From contig JAUWKS010000074.1 in the NCBI GenBank assembly GCA_030614005.1, positions 1-14,763 of the forward strand: a stretch of 14,763 nt of DNA, read 5' to 3'. The notes beneath the pieces were generated by a model. The model had not been told where the DNA came from. It saw only the letters and a program-made list of their open reading frames with translations, and did no database searches. Origin of the DNA: Candidatus Heimdallarchaeota archaeon (GTDB lineage: Archaea > Asgardarchaeota > Heimdallarchaeia > JABLTI01). Positions 1 to 7,351 of the stretch are shown piece by piece (within the stretch, counting starts at the first letter, position 1; each line of letters opens with the position of its first letter). The translations under genes were made by a program, and so were the position numbers.

Positions 1-1198
1 CAGCTTTTTCACCATCTGAAAGATGACTGAAATCTGTACCATCAAGAATTATTGTTCCTGAAGTTGTATTCTCAAGACCCGAAAGTAGTTTTATCAAAGT
101 AGTTTTACCTGAACCACTTGGTCCAGCGATAAACAATAATTCATTCTTGTATATTGTTAAATTAATATCAAATAAAGCTTGTACTTCTGCACCATTTCCT
201 TGGTATATTTTAGACAAGTTGGAAATCTCAATAAGTTGTTCTTTACCTTTGGAATAGTTCTTTGGTAAAGGTTTCAAATCTAGTATTTTTCTTCTTACTT
301 CAATTTTCTCAAGTACTACTTTTTCAGGTTCTAATCCTTTAGTATTCTTTAGACTTGTTTTTCCATTTTCTTCAAGATAGACATCAATATTCTTTTTCAC
401 TTTTAGTGATTGCATTACTAAATCAGGTAATCTAATGTTATTTGATGAATCAATTTGTGCTCTGAATTTCAATGGAAAACCAGACTTATTATCTAGCAAT
501 TTCTGCTCTTCTGTTGAAATCATTGCAGTTACTCTTCCATCTCGAATTTCACAGCTTTTATCTACGCCATCAAAAAAACGCGGGTCATGTGTTACAACTA
601 GAATAGTAGTTCCAAATGAGTTTGCAACCTCTCTTAATATGGTTTTCACTTTTTCAGTGTTCATACTATCTAATTGTCCAGTTGGTTCATCACATAATAG
701 AATAGGTACATTCTTTGCTAATGCACAGGCAATTGCAGTTCTTATCATCTCCCCTCCCGATAGAAATCTGACTCTTCTTTTAGCTAAATGATCAATACCG
801 AGTTTCTTTCGAATGGTGTAATTTCTATCATGATGTTCATCTGAATTCCCAAACACCAAACTCATTGAAAAATCCATATTTTCTTCGACAGTTGCATCTA
901 AAAATAACGTTCTTTCTGGGAATTGATCTACTAAGCCTACATTATGCAACCTAAATCTATTCAAAGCGTTTTGATTAAGATCACCAAGTTCTTGACTTGC
1001 AACAACACATTCACCACTAGAGAGTTTTATTAAACCTGCAAGGATATTGATTAATGTTGTCTTTCCTGAACCACTTGGTCCAACTACAGCTACTATCTCA
1101 CCTTTATCTATAAGCAAGTCGCAACCTCTTAATGCTGGAATTCGAATTCCATGTTCTTCATCTTTATAAATTTTAATCAAGTCTCTGCAACTTATCAT
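1..1198 (-). CDS. ABC transporter ATP-binding protein (LolD/MacB-like) with two ATPase domains; partial, 3' end outside the window
   Basis: Not in the ORF track because there is no stop in the window. Hand translation from ATG 1198: MISCRDLIKIYKDEEHGIRIPALRGCDLLIDKGEIVAVVGPSGSGKTTLINILAGL...FLSGGEMIRTAIACALAKNVPILLCDEPTGQLD...LVVTHD (Walker A, signature, Walker B/D-loop, H-loop). A second domain follows: IEISNLSKIY...LFIAGPSGSGKTTLIKLLSGL. Starts just after the permease stop codons (TGA 1204, TAG 1201). Confidence 0.95.
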   Translation of the reverse strand, partial: MISCRDLIKIYKDEEHGIRIPALRGCDLLIDKGEIVAVVGPSGSGKTTLINILAGLIKLSSGECVVASQELGDLNQNALNRFRLHNVGLVDQFPERTLFLDATVEENMDFSMSLVFGNSDEHHDRNYTIRKKLGIDHLAKRRVRFLSGGEMIRTAIACALAKNVPILLCDEPTGQLDSMNTEKVKTILREVANSFGTTILVVTHDPRFFDGVDKSCEIRDGRVTAMISTEEQKLLDNKSGFPLKFRAQIDSSNNIRLPDLVMQSLKVKKNIDVYLEENGKTSLKNTKGLEPEKVVLEKIEVRRKILDLKPLPKNYSKGKEQLIEISNLSKIYQGNGAEVQALFDINLTIYKNELLFIAGPSGSGKTTLIKLLSGLENTTSGTIILDGTDFSHLSDGEKA

Positions 1199-1203
1199 TT
1201 CTA

Positions 1204-4086
1204 TCACTCCTGCTTTATTGGTCTGTAATTATTGATAAGAGGAATTAATCTTATAAGCCATCCAATTGTCAATATAACCAATCCACCAATAGCTACAAGC
1301 AATAGCAGCCACCATGGTTGCCATGGTATGAATTTCTTATAGACTTCTGTTATATTCAGTAGATAACTGCTAAACATATTAATAATCGGAATTGCTATAC
1401 CAATAGAAATTATCAAAGGTATTAGAATAATTATCACAAGCTCAATAGTAAAATTACCCCAAACAAATTGTCGTTTTGCACCAATTTGTATTTTTCGTTC
1501 TATAATACGAAGTCTTTGTTTATAAATACTCATAGCATTTACAGTACCAAAGAGAAAAATGGCTAGTGGTGTTAAAATAGAACTTACAATAAGAAATTCA
1601 TTTGCGAATTTGTTTATTCTTTCAGTTATTGTTTGTTGCATTTGTTCTGGAGTAATTGAATTATATCCAAATTGATTCGATAATTCTTCTTGAATTCTAG
1701 TTTTGTTTGCAATTGTGTCTGTTTTAATTAATAGATATCCAGAGTTTTCTACTGTAATTGATGTAGTATTCAGAATTAATCCTGCAGTTGTTTTACTTAT
1801 AACTAGATCAATATTTGTAGGTTGATTGAAGTAAGAGTAATCATTGAGATTTGTTCTTGAGTCATGTCTAGTTAAAAGTGGATAATAACTAAAGTCATTA
1901 ACATAAATTAAGTCTAAAGGTTGATTGATCTCATCAGTAATTCCTTTAGTATTGAATATAACTCCTTTATCATAATCATTTCTTTGAGCATATTTTCTTC
2001 GCATTAAATATGTTAAATTAGAGTTTAATTCACTGATATCATCTTCTGTGTAACCATCATCTTTAAGCACTGCAAAGTTAACCACATCAAGATATTCAGT
2101 TATGTTCAACAAAGTATAGAATCTCGTTCTATAATTCTCATATTGCTGCCATCCTGAACTGATATCATAAGTTAATTCTAGAATATTAATTTCTGCAGTT
2201 CCTATCACGCCATCAATTTTTGTTATATTATCTTTCAATTGACTTCCAGTTGACCAATCCTCAATTAAAATATCTGAACAACCTGTTGTTAAATTGGCTT
2301 CAAGTGGTGTATGTAGCGAAATGGAATGTGACATAATCAATCCAGGAATAACTCCTAAACCAAGAACGAAAATAGCCATCATCGTTCTTTGATAGCTTTT
2401 ACCAAAAAATGATAAGTGTTTTAGTGCCAGTGTAAAGTAGCTTTTGGTATTTTTCCAAGAAGCTTTTCCAATTAATCTCCAAATAAAAATAATTATTCTA
2501 CCAAATAACAGGAATACTGAGATAAGTAATAGAAGGACACCAAATGCCGCCATAAAGTAAAATATGAACATAAATTGTGTTATATCTGGTCCTATACTGT
2601 ACTCATAATAAGGAGAGAAGATGATTAAGAGTACAATGCCTACAGTAGTTAATCCTATACCTGGTAATAAGCTGACAACTTCAGGAAAAGCAAATATTTT
2701 TCGAAGTAATTTCTTTCTTTTACTTATATATTGAGTTGCTGTAGTAGTTGAAGCTTTTCTCAATTGAACGTAGTCAAAGATGAATTTTGTTAGAGTAAAA
2801 ATAACAAATAATATAAGTAAACTAAATATAATTATTACTTGCTTCAATGAAGCAAAATATGACACTTCTGGTGGCATGTTTGATCCCATAAAAATAAATA
2901 AACCAACAATCAGCCCAATAGCAAAACCAATAAGAAAACTTGAACCAATTGTAATTACATTTTCTAGTAAAAGCATTTTTGTTAGAATTTTGTGATCCAA
3001 GCCTTGAGTTTTTAATAACCTATATTTCGATTCTTGCTCATGATTACCTATATTGAAAGTTTCAATGCTTATAACTCCAAATAAAAATATAATTGGAACA
3101 CTTACCCCTATTAAACTAATTGTTTTGGTTTGCCAATCTCGTTCAAAAGCACCAAAAGCTTCTATTAAATCGTAACAGAATGACACCAAATATCCAGGCA
3201 TATGATTAAATTCTGGATTCTGATTCCAAAATTCTTGAAAGGCAGCTATATACTTATTTTTGTTCCTTATATGGTCAATCGTAAACTGATAATCTATATC
3301 GATTGCAGCATTCAAGACTGATCTAAAGTTTTCTACTGTATTAATCAAATTATAGAATAAAGTGTTTGTTGTAAAAAATAGAGCTTCCGGTCCGTAGTTC
3401 CTTTCATAAAACGATTCTTCTATCAAATCTGTTGAGAGACCTTTATTGTAAAGTTTTGCGTCTAAATTATCTACTATTCCTACGATTGAATAATTAATTG
3501 GATAATAATCTCCTAATTTGTTTGGATACATACCAGCCAATTCTATATTATCACTAATATTAAACTTAGAATCACTTGTTGGTTTATAGTAGATTAATTC
3601 AGTATAATTTACAGGTATTCTACCTTCAATTAAGTTTACTACTATTAGATTAGTTATACTTTTATCAAAAGTTTGTAAATAATATTCATTATATTCTTGG
3701 TCTGTAATTTTATTGTACAGATTTAATCTTAACCTTCCACTAGAAATTCTTTGAACATTGGGCATTATATCTTCCAGTTTTGTGATAACTTCTGTAATCA
3801 CTTTTGAGAGTAAATCTGCTTCAATTATATAACTGCTAGAAATGTATTCTTCACCATTGATACTTGTTGCACTATCATCTAACCAATCATGATTTTGATC
3901 TATATAACTGAAAAAAGCATCATATCTATAACTATACCATATCATAAAAAAACTTGTTAAAGCCAAGAAGATGATTGCCCCAATTAGAATTGTAGTTAAA
4001 ACACGTTTTCTGCTTGTTTTCATATAAATTACAAACAATTTCTTAAATGAAATATTACGTTTCACAGTAGTAATTGGTTGACTCAT
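1204..4086 (-). CDS. FtsX/MacB-family ABC transporter permease (960 aa, two permease modules)
   Basis: Pattern is N-terminal TM, large soluble domain, TM cluster, second soluble domain, C-terminal TM cluster. FtsX-like motifs EQESKYRLLKTQGLDHK and QRLRIIERKIQIGAKRQFV are present. Directly upstream of the LolD-type ATPase. Confidence 0.9.
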   Translation of the reverse strand: MSQPITTVKRNISFKKLFVIYMKTSRKRVLTTILIGAIIFLALTSFFMIWYSYRYDAFFSYIDQNHDWLDDSATSINGEEYISSSYIIEADLLSKVITEVITKLEDIMPNVQRISSGRLRLNLYNKITDQEYNEYYLQTFDKSITNLIVVNLIEGRIPVNYTELIYYKPTSDSKFNISDNIELAGMYPNKLGDYYPINYSIVGIVDNLDAKLYNKGLSTDLIEESFYERNYGPEALFFTTNTLFYNLINTVENFRSVLNAAIDIDYQFTIDHIRNKNKYIAAFQEFWNQNPEFNHMPGYLVSFCYDLIEAFGAFERDWQTKTISLIGVSVPIIFLFGVISIETFNIGNHEQESKYRLLKTQGLDHKILTKMLLLENVITIGSSFLIGFAIGLIVGLFIFMGSNMPPEVSYFASLKQVIIIFSLLILFVIFTLTKFIFDYVQLRKASTTTATQYISKRKKLLRKIFAFPEVVSLLPGIGLTTVGIVLLIIFSPYYEYSIGPDITQFMFIFYFMAAFGVLLLLISVFLLFGRIIIFIWRLIGKASWKNTKSYFTLALKHLSFFGKSYQRTMMAIFVLGLGVIPGLIMSHSISLHTPLEANLTTGCSDILIEDWSTGSQLKDNITKIDGVIGTAEINILELTYDISSGWQQYENYRTRFYTLLNITEYLDVVNFAVLKDDGYTEDDISELNSNLTYLMRRKYAQRNDYDKGVIFNTKGITDEINQPLDLIYVNDFSYYPLLTRHDSRTNLNDYSYFNQPTNIDLVISKTTAGLILNTTSITVENSGYLLIKTDTIANKTRIQEELSNQFGYNSITPEQMQQTITERINKFANEFLIVSSILTPLAIFLFGTVNAMSIYKQRLRIIERKIQIGAKRQFVWGNFTIELVIIILIPLIISIGIAIPIINMFSSYLLNITEVYKKFIPWQPWWLLLLVAIGGLVILTIGWLIRLIPLINNYRPIKQE

Positions 4087-4132
4087 TCTTTCCCATTTCC
4101 TATCCTTTTGGTTGATTTTGTTATTTTACTGA

Positions 4133-4140
4133 TATTTATA
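4133..4140 (-). promoter_or_regulatory. Candidate archaeal TATA box (TATAAATA) for the permease-ATPase operon
   Basis: TATTTATA on the plus strand, about 47 nt upstream of ATG 4086. The AT-rich background lowers specificity. Confidence 0.4.
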
Positions 4141-4426
4141 CCACTACTAGTACAGAGGTATTTTTATTATTTAATAACTTATTTTGGAATTATGAAAATT
4201 AAGTAATGAAAAAGAAGAGTGGAATAGAATAGAGTTAGCAATTAACTGAGAACTTTTTCATCTCTGGTTTTTTCTCTTTACAGTAGCTAGTTCTCTTTTA
4301 CTATCTTAGCCATTTCTTGAAAATTATATTAATCGTATCTACAAAATAACAAAAAACAATGACACTTTAGAAATCAGTTAAATTGATTTAATCTGATATA
4401 GTTATTTTAAAATAATTGTTTAGACT

Positions 4427-4474
4427 GGGGGTTCAAGCGACAAAAAGTGCGGTTTTTGTTGGAATATATCCCCC
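4427..4474. other. GC-clamped stem-loop (possible terminator, REP-like element or element end)
   Basis: GGGGG (4427-4431) can pair with CCCCC (4470-4474). Inner stem ACAAAAA (4440-4446)/TTTTTGT (4453-4459) with loop GTGCGG. Lies about 20 nt downstream of the stop of ORF 4493-4930(-). Confidence 0.5.
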
Positions 4475-4492
4475 TACGCCCTCATTTTAATT

Positions 4493-4930
4493 CTATTTTT
4501 TTTTCATCCATCTTTTCAATTTTATCGGGTCATTTCTCTCTTCATCGTCAGAAATTATGAACACTCCCACATTTCTTTTGATATATTCTTCATTGTTTTT
4601 TCGCTCCTCTTTCACTTTCCACGTTCCTGTTGCGAACACTCCGTTTTCCATGTCATAGAATGGTGCGTGTGTATGGCTTATTATCAATTTGTCTTCTTTT
4701 TCTATTTCTGGCACATTCCAGTTTCTTTCTCTTACTAATTTTTCTTTTAGTCTTCTTGCTGCTTCTCTCCATGTTTCTTCTTTTCTTTTCACTAGTCCGA
4801 TATTGTGTCCGTGACATATTATTACTCTTCCTTCCTTCGACACTAGTTTTGCGTATGGCAGTACTACTATGTCTGGTCTGTCGTACAACAGGTTTCCTTC
4901 ATGCCCCATTCCTCCTGTTACGAACACCAT
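4493..4930 (-). pseudogene. Calcineurin-like metallophosphoesterase, C-terminal half only (LpxH/YfcE-like)
   Basis: Motifs VFVTGGMGHEG (GNH[DE]-like), IICHGH, IISHTHAP and ATGTW occur in the family order. The N-terminal DxH and GDxxD motifs are absent, and an in-frame TAG lies 6 codons upstream of the ATG. Confidence 0.6.
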
Positions 4931-5172
4931 CTTTTCTTTCCATCTCTAATACTATAATCACATCGAACTATTTGTTTTTCTCTTGTATCCTCTGGTAAAT
5001 AAATCCATTCTCGCAATCTTGCAGGAATATTCAATCCACTATAAGAACACGGACCTGAGATAACAAAGAATCCTCCGTCGTAAATTTGCATCGACGTTTT
5101 ACGATCCTTTTTTTGATTCATGAATATCAGTTTTGGTTTGATATACATATCTAATGAGGTCATTCTGTTCAC
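4918..5172 (-). CDS. Small hypothetical protein (weakly AbrB-like, or the frameshifted N-terminus of the downstream phosphoesterase)
   Basis: 84-aa ORF with GTG start (ATG alternative 3 codons in). SGLNIPARLREWIYLPED resembles the AbrB 'G.i.IP..iR..l.l..gD' pattern. Overlaps the next ORF by 13 nt. Confidence 0.45.
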   Translation of the reverse strand: MNRMTSLDMYIKPKLIFMNQKKDRKTSMQIYDGGFFVISGPCSYSGLNIPARLREWIYLPEDTREKQIVRCDYSIRDGKKRWCS

Positions 5173-5193
5173 ATACTTTGGTTTTACTTGTAT

Positions 5194-5236
5194 AATACTA
5201 TGGAAGACTAATATTTAAATACTATGGTTTCCATAG
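5194..5236. promoter_or_regulatory. Operator-like repeat array in the divergent promoter region
   Basis: Direct repeat AATACTATGG at 5194-5203 and 5218-5227 (24-bp period). Inverted CTATGGAA (5198-5205)/TTCCATAG (5229-5236). TATA-like TTTAAAT at 5214-5220. Confidence 0.5.
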
Positions 5237-5255
5237 AATAAAACAAGTGTTCAAA

Positions 5256-5414
5256 ATGCCGATAGAATTTAAGCGAAAAGTCATTAATAATCATGGTAGT
5301 TTACAAGTAAACATTCCACAAGAAATCAGTGAATATTTGAAAATCAAGAAAGGAGATACTATAGCAATATATCTAGAAGATAATCGTTTTATATGTCGAA
5401 AAATTGAATATTAA
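5256..5414 (+). CDS. AbrB/MazE/SpoVT-family DNA-binding protein (52 aa), copy 1
   Basis: Below the ORF-track length cut-off. Hand translation MPIEFKRKVINNHGSLQVNIPQEISEYLKIKKGDTIAIYLEDNRFICRKIEY* matches the AbrB pattern (GSL.V.IP.EI...L.IK.GD.i). Confidence 0.85.
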   Translation: MPIEFKRKVINNHGSLQVNIPQEISEYLKIKKGDTIAIYLEDNRFICRKIEY

Positions 5415-5459
5415 TTCCAAAAGTAGAAGATTAAGATTCAGGGAAAAGTCATTAATAAT
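5275..5459 (+). repeat. 17-nt direct repeat GAAAAGTCATTAATAAT marking the tandem AbrB duplication
   Basis: Identical copies at 5275-5291 and 5443-5459; the 168-bp period is 56 codons. Confidence 0.9.
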
Positions 5460-5582
5460 AGTGGTAGCTTAATGGTCAATATCCCTTATGAGATTGCAGA
5501 AGAATTGGGAATTAAAAAGGGGGATACGGTTACTATTTCTCTTGACGGAAAACGATTTTATGGAGAAAAAGCAATTCAGTGA
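5430..5582 (+). CDS. AbrB/MazE/SpoVT-family domain, copy 2 (no canonical start; ATT start or remnant)
   Basis: IKIQGKVINNSGSLMVNIPYEIAEELGIKKGDTVTISLDGKRFYGEKAIQ*. Same frame as copy 1, after TAA 5412 and TAG 5424. About 27/42 residues identical to copy 1 by hand alignment. Confidence 0.7.
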   Translation: MKIQGKVINNSGSLMVNIPYEIAEELGIKKGDTVTISLDGKRFYGEKAIQ

Positions 5583-5646
5583 TAAGAACTCATTATTACA
5601 AAAAAATAGGTGTTTAAAGGCAATGCTAGAGATATTTATTTGATGG

Positions 5647-7296
5647 ATGTCGAAAAGATTGTCTCTTACTTGGAATACTGATCCACTATTGTTTGACTCT
5701 ATACCACTTCCTAAAAACAGTTGGGAAACAGCGAATAGCCTAATTACTCAAGGTAAAGTTGCGAAAATATTTCAATACAAGTTTCCTAAAATCTCCCTTT
5801 ATCCGATAATGATTAGAAAGAATGACTTTATCTCCAACGAACGTTTACTGCAGTCTCTTCCCTACATAGTTCTTTCTCCTTTCTGGAAGGAAACTCTCCG
5901 CAAGCAATCTCTCAGACTTGCCGAACGATGTAGGCTTTATTTTGATAACTCAACTGCTGATTATTCTATTCGTTCATGGCAGAAAAAAATCATTGATTAC
6001 ACAGAAAACCAGCAAAGATTGCCTTTTCCTATTTTCCGGTTAATTGATAATTTTGAGATGTATTTCACTTCTTCTAACTTTCTTCACTTTCAGTCAGCTA
6101 GAGGTGAAACTTTCTACATGCCTTTACTTCTCACTGCAGATCTTGCATATTTCTCTGGAATGGTTATTGGAGATGGTCATCTTAATTATCACAATGTTGA
6201 ATTAGTCGACTTTTCAAAGGAACACATGTTGATGCTACAAAAATTAGCTAAGAATCTATTTGGTATTCAAGGCAAAATATCTGGTGAAAAAAAAATTTGG
6301 TTATTGCACTTGAATAACAAATGGGTAGTTCGTCTAATGAATTTCCTTATGGATCAACCAATTAGTGGTCCTAAGTATGATTCATTAAAAGAACCTCTTA
6401 TATTCAAGTTTGATACTCTTCTTCGCAGGCATTTTTGGAGTGGTGCTTTAGATGCTGATGGTTGTTACAAGAGGCAAGTTAGTTTTTGCAGCAAGTCTGA
6501 ATCATTTGTGCAAGTTTTTGGTTCCTTTCTTACGGAGTATCAAGTTCCTTTTAAGGTTCGAAAAATTATCAATTATGCTGATAATGGTTACAATCTTATT
6601 ACTAATGTTAGTGCTAAGCGGATAGTTGGTCAGTTGCTCCTTCCTAGACATGTAATTAAGATCTTGGACTTTAATAAATACGTTAATAGTAAGATCTATC
6701 AACCCCGAAGAAAGCATACCGATGAATTGGCACTCCAAATTGAAGAAAAACAGGAGTTAAGATTTCAATCTTTTAATACAAAAAATATCTTTATTGACGA
6801 TTCCCAAAAATTCTTTAATTTTTCTCTTCTCCTGGATTTAGGTGTTCTTCACTGTCAAGCTTTTTTGAAATCCTTGCGGAAATTTCTGTCATGGACTCAG
6901 AAACAATTAGCAACCTATCTTGAAATACCTGAGAAGGTTCTAACTTCATATGAACATGGTTCTGACATTTCAATCAAATTATTAGAGAAGTTACTCCCGC
7001 TCTCTCCAGAAGATCAACCTAAAACGCTTATGCTTTTCCTCTCTCAGAATGATCTTGTTTTCTTTCGCTCACGTAAAACTGTTGCCCGGCTTCCTCTGCA
7101 ACCAGGTGAAAACTTCTTAAAGATACTTCAACAATTAGAGCTTCGTCGCGGGTATCTTTTGATTAATCCTAAGAATGGTCAAAAGGAAAGAGTTGGTATT
7201 GAGCTTTCAAACTTTTTCTCTATACCAAAACCTACTGGGTACAAGCTCTCAAATTCAGTTATTTACCTATTTGCGAAAACATTCTGTGTGTATTGA
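5647..7296 (+). CDS. Free-standing double-motif LAGLIDADG endonuclease-like protein with XRE-type HTH domain (549 aa)
   Basis: LAGLIDADG helices DLAYFSGMVIGDGHL (about 6139-6183) and RHFWSGALDADGCY (about 6427-6468). HTH LKSLRKFLSWTQKQLATYLEIPEKVLTSYEHG (about 6865-6960). No intein ends (no N-terminal Cys/Ser block, no C-terminal His-Asn). Confidence 0.85.
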   Translation: MSKRLSLTWNTDPLLFDSIPLPKNSWETANSLITQGKVAKIFQYKFPKISLYPIMIRKNDFISNERLLQSLPYIVLSPFWKETLRKQSLRLAERCRLYFDNSTADYSIRSWQKKIIDYTENQQRLPFPIFRLIDNFEMYFTSSNFLHFQSARGETFYMPLLLTADLAYFSGMVIGDGHLNYHNVELVDFSKEHMLMLQKLAKNLFGIQGKISGEKKIWLLHLNNKWVVRLMNFLMDQPISGPKYDSLKEPLIFKFDTLLRRHFWSGALDADGCYKRQVSFCSKSESFVQVFGSFLTEYQVPFKVRKIINYADNGYNLITNVSAKRIVGQLLLPRHVIKILDFNKYVNSKIYQPRRKHTDELALQIEEKQELRFQSFNTKNIFIDDSQKFFNFSLLLDLGVLHCQAFLKSLRKFLSWTQKQLATYLEIPEKVLTSYEHGSDISIKLLEKLLPLSPEDQPKTLMLFLSQNDLVFFRSRKTVARLPLQPGENFLKILQQLELRRGYLLINPKNGQKERVGIELSNFFSIPKPTGYKLSNSVIYLFAKTFCVY

Positions 7297-7351
7297 GAAA
7301 TTACTTAGTTCTTGAATGTAGTCAGCAAAAAATGAGGTAGAGTTTTTAGTT

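Noticed and set aside
435-791. 118-aa plus-strand ORF
   Set aside because: Antisense shadow of the ABC ATPase, which has clear motifs on the minus strand.
2780-2995. 71-aa plus-strand ORF
   Set aside because: Antisense to the permease TM region; no motifs.
4402-4415. 14-bp palindrome TTATTTTAAAATAA
   Set aside because: A/T-only in very AT-rich intergenic DNA; likely chance.
4630-4998. 122-aa hydrophobic (Leu/Phe-rich) plus-strand ORF resembling a membrane protein
   Set aside because: The hydrophobicity is the mirror of Lys/Glu/Arg codons of the minus-strand phosphoesterase-like ORF.
6287-6295. A9 run (A AAA AAA slippery heptamer) in the LAGLIDADG gene
   Set aside because: The ORF is intact through it, the -1 frame stops within about 10 codons, and A-runs are common in this AT-rich DNA.
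6502-6738. 78-aa minus-strand ORF
   Set aside because: Antisense to the LAGLIDADG gene.
5647-7296. Intein or group I intron interpretation of the LAGLIDADG ORF
   Set aside because: No splicing-block residues at either end and no interrupted host gene flanks it.
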